A stretch of DNA of 64,000 bases from Vicugna vicugna (lineage: Eukaryota). The stretch covers positions 199,061 through 263,060 of the forward strand of contig MU058423.1 in NCBI GenBank assembly GCA_013265495.1, in the 5' to 3' direction. The position numbers and the translations under genes were made by a program. Positions 11,645 to 23,977 of the stretch are shown here, in pieces (the stretch's first letter is position 1; each line of letters begins with the position of its first letter). The notes under the pieces are model-generated. The model was not told the origin of the DNA. It searched no databases and was given only the letters and a program-made list of their open reading frames with translations.

Positions 11645-14090
11645 TTCATCATCCCATTTTAGAGAAGAAACTGAGGCACAGGTCCTCACTCCACATTCAT
11701 TCTAAATGGCATTTCCATCTTAGCCATTTCCAGCTGTTACACCACTGCACTCCCCTCCAGACTTTTCTATAGCCATTCGACATCTTGGTCTATAATGCCC
11801 TAACCTTGGCCCCTGTTTTTTGTTGCGTGAAAGATGACTAATTTTTTTAGACCCAGTTCAGGAAAGCCTACTAGCCAGAGGAATGTTATTTCAGAACACA
11901 GAACCAGATTTGGAAGAGATCTTAAAGGGACATCTAGTTTCGTGTTCTACAAACTGTGGGTTACATTTCTCAGTACCAGAATTTTTATAAAACTGAAGTA
12001 AAATAGAATAAAAAATATCAAGAGGGCAGGGAGTGAGGCTACGTATTGTTTCAAGGATGCATACTGTTCTACAAAAGCTGTGCATACCAGGCCCTGAAGT
12101 AAAATGTATTTTTTTTTACTGTGGGTAGAGGTCCAGAGTGATCTTTCTAAAAACCCTGATTCTTTCAATTTCTACTTTGAAACATTTTGTGCTTTCCTGT
12201 TTCTGTTAAGATTGAAAAACAAAACAAAACAAACAAAACCCCACAACACCTCCTCACAGCCCACAAGTTCTACCCTATCCAGCCCCTGCCTCCCTCTGGC
12301 CTCATGTGCCCTGTTATCACGAGTTCACCCCAAGTCTTTGAAGGTGCTACTCCCTCTGTTTAGAATGCCCTCCCTTTGCCTTAATTCTGCTAACTCCATT
12401 TATCACTCGAGATTCTGCTCAAACTCACTTTCTCCCAGAAGCCTCTGGTTCCTGGACTAGGTGAGGTCTCCAAGTTATATGCTCTCAAGCATCCTGGGCT
12501 TTTTCTTACAAGCACTTATCACACAACAGTGATTAAGCAAGTATTTGTTTAATTGCCTCTTTCTTCCTTAGACAGTCAGGTTCCTTCTGCGTTATCTACA
12601 GCAACTCACAGTTTTGCTTTGCTCATACTAGGCATTCAGCCAATATTTGCTGAATGAAAGAATGAGTCTCCTGCCCAAGGAAGAATCATCTTCTCTCAGA
12701 AACTTTTCATGGCACCAGTACTTACGCCAGACAACGGACTCCTAACCAGCACTGTCAACAATAGTGACCACTTCCAATGATAGTGACCACTTCCAAAGGC
12801 CGTGCACTCTGCTACTCAGTGGAAACACTTTATCTCCAACAGCTTCTTTTGGCCTCACACAACCCTGGGAGAAATGCAGTAATTCACACACTCAGCAGTT
12901 AAGGAAATTTAGATACCGGTTCAAAATCAAACACAACTAGTAAGTGGTAGCGTCAGAATTTGCATCCCAGCTACCCACACACTACACTGTTACCTGCAGT
13001 GCTGTATGACATGTTTGTCTACACATCTGCCACGCCCTACGAGGTCACATCCTTAAGAAACAGGAAGCGAGGCACAGGCACGTAGTAGAGAAAATAAACT
13101 TGCTGATGAATAACGAGAGATGGGAAAAAGCAAGAGATGGGAAAAGGTAAGAGCTGGGAGCGGGGCACTTCATAACATCATAAAATAACCTAGTTGGAAG
13201 GGACCCACCCCTCCCAGTGGAGGAAGCTCCCCAGAATTCCTGACTCAGGGTGACTTGCTATACCTCCTCCACAGTTTATTCTCTTGCAGATCAATTCTAC
13301 TTACTAATTCAACTAGATTCTGGAAGTATTTGTTGAGCACCTACTACATAGGCTCTATGCTGGGGATGGAGGGAAGGCGCCAACATGATAAAAACCTTGT
13401 CCCTGCCTTCAGAGGCTCTAAATTCTGGTGGGGAGACAGTCACATCCTAGCTCTAAAACAAGGCAGGGTGTCATCTGGCTATAACCAAGGTGTGAAGAAT
13501 GAGCAATGAGAGCCCAGAAGAAGGAGCAATAATTTCCATTGGTTGGATGAGGGTTGAGGTCACAGCATTCCAGTGCGAGTTTGAAGGATGCATAAGAAAG
13601 TTCCCTCTAATTGGAATAAAAATCTCCTACACCTGGTGGAAGGAGAGGGGCTTATGTTGAGTGAACCCAGTTCTGCCTTCTGGAGTGACACCGAAGTACA
13701 ACCCTCTTCACCAGAACAGTTTTTAAAATACTCAGGGATAACTATGTTGTCCTCTCCAATTTTTCTCTTTTCAAAGCAAACATTTCTCCATTTCTTTGAC
13801 CGGGCCTCACAAAAGAATCAATCAACACAGAAGCCTTTCCTCTCTTCCAAGTACTAAAACTATATCTAGCCTTCAAGGCCAAGGTCAATGCCACCTTCTC
13901 CACCGAAGTCCATAATAATTACAGAGAAGTTAGTATCTTACTTGCTTAAAAAAAAAGTACATAAAAAAATTACTTTTTAAGTTCCTTAAGTTCACCCATA
14001 ATGTACAGTAAATGTGGTTTTCTGTATGAAATATGACATAACCTGTTTTTCCCCAGTTTTGGGACATATTGTGGAACTTTGATTTAGACC

Positions 14091-14371
14091 TGACAAAAAC
14101 TCTCTCCTTGACTAAACTTTAGTCAGGCCCTCGGAACCCTCTTTTCTATTAGGCTTCAACCTTGCCCCCCACCGCGTCCCCTTAATGTCTCCTCTTAGTA
14201 TTCCATCTACTGACCCTCCTTACTCTCCTGTTGGCTATAAATTCCAAGCTGTCTTTTGCTGTTTTTAGAGGTGAGCTAGACCTCTCTCATAGCAATACCC
14301 CTACTGTAATAGTCTCAAATAAAGTCTTCCTCACCATTTTAACAAGTATCAGAATAGCAATCTCTTTAACA
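14091..14371 (+). mobile_element. Solo ERV1 LTR, MER31-like
   Basis: TG...CA ends, actctctccttgactaaactttagtcaggc, ggctataaat, aataaagtcttc; homologous to 48873-49240. Confidence 0.72.
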
Positions 14372-15774
14372 GAGCCAAAAGAAATAAATAGTCAACTGGT
14401 GTTCAGAGCCACATTGTGCTTTTTTTTGGACACAGGTGAATGTGAAGTGTTGATCATGTGACTCCATGGTAATTGTTCTTTCTTTACTCTCCTCCAGCAT
14501 CTTTCTTATTATCTCTATTATAATCCTTATTTTATTTTACCATTTATTACAGTATACTGTATGCGTATCATGGCCTTTCTTGCTCCTTTGGGATTGTGTA
14601 TTTTGTCTTTATATTCCCACATAGTGCCTGCCCAGCACAGTGTGGGGGCATAAAACAGGTCATCATCTTCGCCCCTTCTTCAGATGCTGCTCAAGCCTAT
14701 TAATGTCCCTCTTAAAACGTGACACTTGCTATTTAAAACAATATTCCAGATACAATCTGATCAATATGGAGAATCACTTATCTTCCCCCGCTCCCTGCCC
14801 CCGCCCCAACTTCTATTAACACAAACACTTCTTTAGCTCTTTTAGCAGCCATACCTGCCTTTTGGTCTGCTAAAACCCAAGGTCTTTTTCAAAAGGTCTG
14901 TTATTAAGCCTAAATTCCCACCATCCCGTATTTTTTGCATAAATCTTTACAAATGTAAAAAAATCACTGTTGAATTGTTTCTTGGTTTTCGGCCCAAGAC
15001 TGCAGCCTGTTGATAGAAGCGTTTTTGAACCACAATTCTGTGGTTTGACACAGAGAAGTCTCTTTGATTTTCACTTGGATGGTAACAGGCAAGGGGGACC
15101 AAACAGCCTTTAGCCACAGCATGAGAAGGGGCCTCCAGGAGACTGGCCCCGGCCCGGGTCTCCATGGAGAAGCCACAGGTGCTAATGGGGGGTTGGTGCG
15201 TACGCAGTTTGTGCCCTTTTCTTCTTATCCGAGCTTCCTTAAACTCCCCCTCCTACAGTGGGTCTCTTCAGCTCTCTGGGATGGTGAACCCCCGAGGATG
15301 CAGCCCCTCGACGAGGGGGCGGAGGTCCCCATAAAGCCCGCGCCAGGGCTGGCCGCCACCGGCAGGCAGCTCCCTCCCCGCGCTCCCGCGAAGCCCGGGC
15401 CCCCTCCGGAGGCTCCCCTCCCCCACACCGAATGTCCCCACCCGCAGCCCCGCAGGTGGCGCATGGGCGCAGCACCCCACTCCCCCGCCGGGTCCCAGGG
15501 GGTCGGGGGAGCTGGCTGCCCGGGAGGCTCTTCGCTGGGACTCGGCGCAGGGGCCCGGCCCTGGCACAGCGGGCGGGCTCCGGGCGGCGCTGGCGGCGCG
15601 GGCGGGGCGTGGGCACGGAGCGGGAGGGGGTGCTGCGCCGCCCCGGGACCGGCCGGAGCCACTGGGGGAGCTGCGTTCCTCCGCGCCCCGGGGCGGGAAG
15701 GGTGGCCCCGACGCGGGGGTCGTGGCGGCAAGCTGGGCCCGCGATTCGGGGCCAGGGAGTGGGACGGCCCGTAC

Positions 15775-15911
15775 CTGGTTTTGAAGTCCCGGTTATAAAT
15801 GGTCCTCAGCCGCTCGCGATCTGTCTCCATGTCCAGTCCTCGAACGGCCAGGAAATTCTCGAAGCACTGGCCCGTCTCCCGGAGCTGCCGGCAGCTGAAC
15901 TTACTGGGCAT
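15775..15911 (-). CDS. MOV10: MOV10 first coding exon, coding part (137 nt)
   Basis: GCCGCCGCG-ATG; MPSKFSCRQLRETGQCFENFLAVRGLDMETDRERLRTIYNRDFKT; donor ACCAG|GTACGG. Confidence 0.97.
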
Positions 15912-15992
15912 CGCGGCGGCGGCTGCGGCCCAGGCAGGAGAGTCCGTGGAAATGAAACTGAAAGTCGCCGCCGCGGCAGGAAGTTGGCGGCC
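15912..15992 (-). other. MOV10: MOV10 5'UTR part of the ATG exon, with probable splice acceptor at 15993-15994
   Basis: Pyrimidine-rich tract CTTCCCCTTTGCTGCACCCTCACCCTAG|GGCC; candidate upstream non-coding exon donors at 16095 (CAG|GTAGGA) and 16194 (GGG|GTAAGG). Confidence 0.6.
15948..15965 (+). promoter_or_regulatory. ISRE / IRF element overlapping an EICE
   Basis: GGAAATGAAACTGAAAGT contains GAAANNGAAA (ISRE) and GGAANNGAAA (EICE). Confidence 0.7.
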
Positions 15993-18084
15993 CTAGGGTG
16001 AGGGTGCAGCAAAGGGGAAGCCCCCTAACTCTGACCCCTGATCCTGTAGGATCCCTCCTTCGCACCAGGCTTCTCTCCTCAGTTCTTTTCCTACCTGAGC
16101 CTTCCCTTCGGTCTCTTCGCCCTATCCCCTCCCCCTCTTCCCATTAACTCTTTCCTAAGGAGTCTGACCCCTCCCTCAGGGCCCTCCCCTTACCCCAAGC
16201 TCCCTCCCTTGGCTTCCAGCCAGAATCCGAACGTGGCTATATCCTGGGGCCCCCTGAATTGCCTAGGAGGACTTCCTAGCCTCAGCTTGGGCTACTCCCA
16301 TTCCCACCCCCCAGGGCGTCGGCACTTTTTGAAAAGCAGGCGAGCAAATGGCAGGGGCTGGGACCTGGGTCGGCTGTAGCTGGACTGTGGCAGCTCATCC
16401 AGCACCTCCCCCAGAGCTCCTGGGACACAGACCAGTACGCAAGCGAGCGGCACAGCCCCCTCTCCCATTTTCCCTTCTCGGACTTTCAGAAGCTGGGAGG
16501 GAGGCAAAGGAGCCAAGAAGTTTGGGGGAAAGAACCAAGTGTCTCTGATAAAGGTGTGTACGTGTGGGAGGGAGGGACAACGGGTTCCGCCAGGACGAAC
16601 AGTCGTTACTTTTCTCTGCCACACGGGCTTCTTTATATGGAAAGGCTGGTGATCCCTACCCTTGAGCCACATATTTGGGCACTTAATTACGCTCCAGTCT
16701 GTATTGCTCTTTTAATTGTTACTAGCATCTAGCTAAGGGTTGCTCTAGTCATCAAAATAATAGTTTCTTGAGAGCAAGAGACAGTTATGTTAGGCAATAA
16801 ATGGTTAATAGCTACAGCATCAGTACCAGGAAGAGAAGTAAGAGACCGGCGTGCTTCAGAAGACAGACTATTGAGACAAACTAAAGGGGGTGGGGCTACA
16901 ACGACAACAAACGTAAAACAAGCCTCTGCATCTGTTTGTCTTCCAGAATTACAAAACACACATACTGAGATGGGGCAAAGCTGATAAAAGTTACAAAACA
17001 AAACAAAAACAGTTTTTTAAACAAATATACTGGAGTTCCAAATATATTCAGCGTGGTGGTGTTCTTCAAAGTAATTCCCTGTGGGAGGCCACACACTCAG
17101 TCTAACCTAGTGTGAAGAATGTCCAGAACCCAGGTCATGCTCCAGCAGGGCTACTCCTGTACCTTTTCCCAGGCCAACAACCAACTAAAGCCAAGAAAAA
17201 CAGGCTTCAGCAACAGGAAATTCAGTCAGTGGGAACCAAAGCTACAGGGAGGGGGAAAATGGGAAAATGTTTTGTCTTAGACATTGCTTATGCAAAGTAG
17301 AGGAAAAAATTAGGAATGAAAATACAGATTTTACCTTTTTTCCTCCTCCCCCAATTACCTGGTGAGGCCCCAGAGTAGTAGGGTGCACTCCTGACAACTG
17401 CTTTGCTACTATCATTCCAAAAACCTACCATCCACTGTACTCAAACTGAATGTCTGGTTCCATTTTGATCAGCAAATCTAAGTCCCCATTATTCTTGGAT
17501 ACATAACCTCTCCCTTCTCCCTGGATAGGCCTCATCTTCTGCATGTTCTCAAAATATACACAAACAGTTGCAGTAAAAACTTGGTGGAAATGTGATGCTA
17601 TGTGGCTTTTGTTAAGGGAACCTCTCTAAACCAGTTTAATCTGGAAAATCCACTTCACTTGGAGTTGTTATTTTCACATGTGGCTGTCTAGATGTCTAGA
17701 ATGATCTTCCTATTTTTCACCAGTTCAGGTCTCACTTTCTTGAAGCCTTCCCCCAAACTATCTGCACTTTTTAGAATGATTTTAGTATGGGTCCAAATAG
17801 CACTGAAGGCCATCTGAAAGTTAACTCTGGCCAACAACATTACTGGAACAAACCTATAGTCTCCCAAGATAACTACTTTGGAGAAGAATGTTATAAGCCC
17901 TATATTTTTATAGTTCTCATTACTCCATCATTTCTTGGATTCTAAAATTAAGCATTTGAATTTTCTCTAACTTTATATATTCCAACTAGACTGTACTCCC
18001 TAAGGCAACTAGAGATATGCCTTAAATTGAAACGCTGAAATTGGTCACTCTAACCATAGACCAAAGGAATGGCTGTGGCAGGTA

Positions 18085-18713
18085 CAATTGATTCTCATTA
18101 CTTGTGGATTCTATATTTTCAAGTTCACCTACTCACTAAAATTAGTTAACTTCAAAATCAGTACCAGTAGCACTTCTGTAGTTGTTCATGGATGTGCAGA
18201 GTGGCAAAAAAAAAAAAAAAAGTCGCCCAAAGTTCATGTTCCCAGTTGAAGTGGAATCAGGTGATGTTCTGCCTTCATGTTTCAGCTCGTATTATAAACA
18301 CCCTTTTCATGATTTATTTTGTGGTCACATTTTTTGTGCTTTTTGTTGATTTCAACTGCTTAAAATGGCCCCCAAGCCTATGTAGTGCTGAAGTGCTCTC
18401 TAGTGTTCTTAAGTAGAAGGCTGTGGTGTCCCTCCCTTAGTAAGAGAAAATTCCTGTTAGGTAAGCTTTGTTCAGGTATGAGTTACGGCTCTGTCAGTGA
18501 TGAGTTCAATGTTAATGAATAAAAAATATTAAATAAGGCGATTTAAATAGAAACATAAACAAGATTATGTACTGATTGGCTGGCAGAAATGTGACCAGAA
18601 GCTTGCAGGAACCTAACTCTGTATTTCCCCTAGGAGCAATGTTTCAGTATGTGCTAATTCAATGTTTGCTGGCAAGTTTACAGAACATAACCACAGTGAA
18701 TGAGGATCAACTG
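18085..18713 (+). mobile_element. Tigger-family non-autonomous DNA transposon (MER82-like)
   Basis: TA-flanked terminal inverted repeats caattgattctcatt ... aatgaggatcaactg. Confidence 0.8.
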
Positions 18714-20119
18714 TAAATTCTTATACATAGCAATGCTTTTTGATGCATTTGGTTTTTGCCCGTACAGGGCTTAGATCTACCCTATTTTTAAAAATATACT
18801 CTGTTCAAGGGAGAATTTTAGTTAGCTCAACTTATCTTATGGGACTGTCCAGGTTTGTTCTATATTTACGAATCTTCCTTTCTTTCTTTGATTTCCCAAG
18901 TAGTAAGTAGTTGGTAGTTCTATTTAACTTACAAACTCATAAATTGGCATTCAGATTGTATCAGTCTTTTGTGAATTTGGAGGGAATGTGCCAAAGTTTG
19001 CAAGTATCTCGTGAACCTAGGTAAGTCTAGCATCAAAGTTCTAGGTTATAAAACAGAACAGGCACTAACGAGGCAACTAACAGAAGCACAACCATCGAGG
19101 CACAAATGAAACACATAGTCTTCAGCAGTGTAACTTCAAACCCAAATATAGGAGTGAGTCCTCCCAGAAAACTCCTTTCTCTCTGGCTGGGAAACCGCTT
19201 CCCTAGGACATCATAGACTGACTTCAGCAGTGTGGTAAAATGGATACAATCAAGCAAATATTCTGCTGAAGAAGGTTAAGGAAGTCAAGAGGTCTCTGTA
19301 GGACTTGGCAAAGAGGGCTGATTTCCTCCCAATTATACAAGTAACCAAGGGCTTTAGATGGACAAGAGACTAAGAGTCTTTACAAAAGTCTATATGGACT
19401 AAGGAGATCAACCAGGTAGGCTGATGGGGTTAATAAGTGAAAGGCAAAGGCCAGAATGTTTGAATCTGTTTGCACAACAAGTACAGAGTGTAGTATAGCT
19501 AACTGTCCCTCAAAAGGGTGAGCATTTGAACTGGCCTTGAATGCAGGGTGAAACACTGAAATTCCTCTGGTTCCCTATTGGGAACCAGGATAAAAGCCTT
19601 TCCCACGTGTACGGAAGGAAAAGCATTCAGAGTTAAGTCTATGTGAAATATTATCCAAGTTCAAGGTACAGGGGGTTCTTTCATTTCTCCTTCCTGCCTA
19701 GTAACTGTAACTACTTGGGCCTTGCTTTTTGAGTGATAAGTAGAGAAGATAGATGTTTTTCTTTCTGACAGAAATAGAAAACCCAAAACAAAACCTTTGA
19801 ACCACCCAGTAGCCACTGAGTAGAGCAGTATGATCCACAGAGAAACTGCTCAAACTTAAATAAAAAAAGAGCTGTTCTTTGCAAGTTCTTCTGATAGTCA
19901 CTGAATCTACAACAGTTTAAAGTAGAAACCAATTTCAGAAACCCTGAACATTCTCATCAAATAAGATCAAATACAGTTCCACATCTTACCTTGAGAACAA
20001 AAGCTGAAGAGATGGCTCAAAAAGGAGAGACTCAGACAATTTAAGAACAAAACAGGTATATTTCTAATGGACTACCTGATACAGAGGATAGTGTGGTATG
20101 GATGGATATAGTATGAATG

Positions 20120-21525
20120 ACAAATAATACAAATATATTTTATTTGAAATAAACAAAAATGCTTACACAGCTCAACAGGTCACTTGGAAACAAACTCTTG
20201 CTGACTGTATTATTAAGCAAAAACAAAGCTGAAGCACAAACACCCTTCTTTTTTGACATGTATTTGGAGGAAGACACTACTTGGTTTTTAAAAACTGACC
20301 TTCCCTTAAGGCCTGGTCATAGAAGTGTAAACAATGTAAATGAATCCACCATTACCAGTTGTCATATCATATCTATGTCACCTGTGTATTCTGAGATCAC
20401 ACCTATACCTGCCAATAAACCTGGGAAGGGATGCTATATCACAGTTACATTTGAGTTCTTGGCAGGCAGGACTGAGGAAGAGTAATCTGAAATAAGTTTT
20501 ACATGCTATTTAGAACAAATCACTAGTATTCCCTTAAATAACAGGTTACAATAGAAAGATACTGCCTGAAAGTTACCCTTTTCACTTTGGTTCATTTTTA
20601 GTTTTTGTTTGTGATTTACATAGTTGTTTGATTCATTTGCTTATAGTACAATCCTGCCACAAAGTATTAAAGCACAAGATACCTATTATTCCTTCAACAC
20701 CTGCATTTTTCAAGTTTTATACTCTACTATATCCCTAGCATGTCAGCAGTTTTTGAATATTAAAAAAAAATAAATGGGTAAAACTCTTTAAAAAATGCAA
20801 ATGTCTATAACTATAATGGTACTAGATGGGAAGGAGACGATGAAGGAAGGGAAAAAAGCAAACACGTTCATGTGCAGGGAATGTGGTTCAAGTCTTTGGA
20901 TTTAAAAACAACTTCCCCAGAGAAGCTGGCTATAATGGAATTTCCAAAAAACTTCCTTTGCCTCCAAAAAGGACCTGAAAAGCCCCAATCCAAAAGTTTG
21001 AAAGCTCTAGTTATGTTACAAGTGATGACCAAAGCAAGTGGAGGGAGAAGGATGAATGTGTCTTCCATTCAGCTACAGTTTATCGCATAGCCTCTTTAGC
21101 TGTTGGTTGATCAGAAAAACCACTGAAGTACCAGAAGTGCTTGGAAGGTTGGGGTAGAGAAGTACTGAACATGTTACCTGTCTATATCAGTAACAAGGCT
21201 TCATGGCTAGGAAAATTTTCTAAACAGTAAAATGACTCCAGGATAGATCTCTCTCCCCATCATTAAATGTGGTAGAATTAAAAAAGAAAAGAAAAGAAAA
21301 GATTTACAAGTAGATATAGTGAAGACAGAAAATTACAAGGCAGAAAACACAAAAAGAATCAAGACAATGCTATAGGTTCAACAGTATTATTCCATGAGGC
21401 TAGAAAACCTGTTAACTTTGAAAGCCCTAGCAAAATATCACTCTTGTTTATAAATCACTTATTTATCATATGACCACACATTGAATCCTTTCTTTCCACA
21501 TACTGAAGAATCCTGCATTCAGCCT
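20120..21525 (-). other. CAPZA1: CAPZA1 3'UTR (about 1.4 kb; end approximate)
   Basis: AU-rich tract without recognisable transposons between the stop codon and an AATAAA. Confidence 0.7.
20139..20144 (-). terminator. CAPZA1 polyadenylation signal AATAAA
   Basis: Minus strand TTTCAAATAAAATATATTTGTATTATTTGTC, U-rich flanks. Confidence 0.7.
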
Positions 21526-21822
<297 letters not shown>

Positions 21823-22410
21823 TTAAGAAGCCCGCCCATATTACTTCTAAAACTAGGGCTAAACAAGCATCCCCTGCTTTTCTAAAGTTTGCTTTATGTC
21901 ATTTTATTTTTACCAAAGTAAAAAGCAGAAAATAGCGTTCAGCATTTGTTTTGCAGTGGGGCTGTTAAAGGGGCAGGGTCCATCCTGAGCAGCAGCAGCG
22001 GCTCCATCAAGGTCCTTCCCCGGGAACTACACTCAGCAACTCAGCATCAAGCAGCCAGAGCTTTGAACTGTATCTGTGAGCATCTGTGCTGTATCTCAAT
22101 GTATTTTGTGCCTATGTTAGCAAGATATGTCCTACAAGTAACTACTTCTCTGCTTTGCGCCATTTGGCCTTAGGAAAGGTTTCATGGGAACGCTCTACTT
22201 TGGGACAGCGGGGAAAATCTGCAGTGCATTCAGTGGCGAAACCCTGATTGTAGGCAGAGTGCCAAGTTGCAAGGTCTGTAAAGTCTCCATATTTAGTAAC
22301 ACTGAGCAACATGTATATTTATGTTAAAAGAACAGAAAATTCTGTTAAATATGTTAAAAGCAAAATAATAAGGCATTAGATTGAGAAAAATTAGTTTCAA
22401 ATCATCTTAC

Positions 22411-22473
22411 CTGATACTCATTTTCTGCATGCTCTATGATTTTAATAAACTCCTTGGCAGTTTGGACTTCATT
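22411..22473 (-). CDS. CAPZA1: CAPZA1 exon 9 (63 nt)
   Basis: ATTAG|AAT ... TCAG|GTAAGA; NEVQTAKEFIKIIEHAENEYQ. Confidence 0.96.
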
Positions 22474-23905
22474 CTAATAGAGAGAGGAGGGGGGAGAAAT
22501 CAGGATTTTTAAAAAGGTGTATGCAGTGAATAAAAAGATACTAAGTCCATCTTAACTAACATCTGTATAACAATTTATAATTTTTCAAGTTCCCATGAAT
22601 ATTACCTTGATTCTTACAGCAACCCCGTGAAGTAGATCTGCGGTTATTATTATCACCTCCATTTGGCAGATAAGAAAACAGAATTCTCTTAATTGTCTCA
22701 ATTGAAATTATATAGCTATTAAATCTTAAAGACAGGATCTGAATCCAGGTCTTCAACAAAAAAAAACCCATGCTTCTTTCCAGTCTACCACAGTATGCCC
22801 AAGACATCATGACACATTGAAATTTTAATGCCTTGAAAATATCTCTGGTTTAAAATGATATAAACAATGCCCTCAGACATATCAGTCATATGTCTTAAGC
22901 TCAGATACTCCTCTGTTTACTACTTATTATGCTAAAGCAACCAACTGCATTTTGTTTTACATGATTCAGGTACAAAATGAACTGAAACTCTTTCTTCCTT
23001 ACAGTATTTAGTAAAACAGAATTAAAGGTGAGAGTAAGATTTAATGCCTAGGGCAGCAGTTTCAAGATTCTTTCAAACAGTCAAAACTGCTTTCTATTCA
23101 TAATAATACTAAGACAAGCCTACTTGCCTTTTTCACTCTTACTCTCGTGTGTACAGTGTAGTTTCATAGAAGCTACATGAGGTGTGATGAATTCCATCAC
23201 TTTGAGGGCTAATGTGTGAGGCACATATGAAAATCCAGTTGTCTTTTATTATGTCAGACATTATACCCTTTGAGGAAATGTAAATCAATGACTTTTTTTT
23301 TTAAATATAGCTGTTTTCTGAAAGTGTTACTTAGGTTAACAAGTAATGGGTTTGTTTTGTTATTTTTAAATTAATAAATATTTTTAACATTTCTCAGTTT
23401 TAATCTTTACTAAGGTAAATACTAATTAGATATAACACACAAACAAAAGCAATAACTTCTAGGGATATAAAGAAGTACTGAGAATGCATGCAAAATTATG
23501 TCCCTTCTTTCCAGGTACAGAACACAATACTTCTTGATTGGATATTTCTAAAAATACTCAGTTTCTCTAGTGATACGGCTGTAGCCCTACAGGGTTTAGC
23601 TTGGCAAACTTTCCTTCCTCCTGGTATTTATCTATTGAAATATTGCTGTCCTTGAGCAAATCTCACAACTGAGAAAGAGGGAAAGAAGTTTGAATTCTCC
23701 AGAGCCATTATCACTACTCTGAGTCAAAGACTGTAAATTAACAACAAATCTGGCTAGTTACATACTGATTATATTATATGCCAAAATCAAAGCATTGAAA
23801 ACAACCTGAATTTCTAGTGGCAGAATCAGTACTCAGGATCAAAACTATTTTTTTAAAAGAAAAACAAGACAAAAGTGAGACAGATATTAAATATTCCACA
23901 CTCAC

Positions 23906-23977
23906 CGAAACAGTTACTGAATCCTGTACATCTTTATGACTAACCAACTGAACATTGCCATCTTCATAATAGTGAAC
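23906..23977 (-). CDS. CAPZA1: CAPZA1 exon 8 (72 nt)
   Basis: CACAG|GTT ... [34 protein letters not shown]. Confidence 0.96.

Larger units (their letters stand above)
1..15911 (-). other. MOV10: MOV10 gene span, coding part in window, 3' truncated by window edge; UPF1-like SF1 RNA helicase
   Basis: Nine exons join in frame: MPSKFSCRQLRETGQCFENF...LYDRSLESNPEQLQAMKHI, matching the MOV10 N-terminal half as I recall it. Confidence 0.97.
15150..16010. promoter_or_regulatory. CpG island over MOV10 start
   Basis: Very GC- and CpG-dense tract with GC boxes (GGGGCGGG) spanning the ATG exon and start of the intron. Confidence 0.9.

Noticed and set aside
12761..12797. Short direct repeats (19 bp here; also near 13117-13150 and 54331-54365)
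   Set aside because: Two-copy slippage duplications with no spacers; not CRISPR-like or otherwise structured.
15064..16012. Cluster of long overlapping ORFs (244, 228, 189, 125 aa), including MOV10 exon read-through into the intron
   Set aside because: Stop-codon scarcity in a CpG island; products are low-complexity G/P/A/R. Only 15775-15911 matches MOV10, and it ends at a GT donor that keeps frame with the next exon.
16095..16270. Possible N-terminal extension of MOV10 from upstream exons
   Set aside because: Reading back in frame from both candidate donors (16095, 16194) reaches TAG with no ATG, so such exons would be non-coding.
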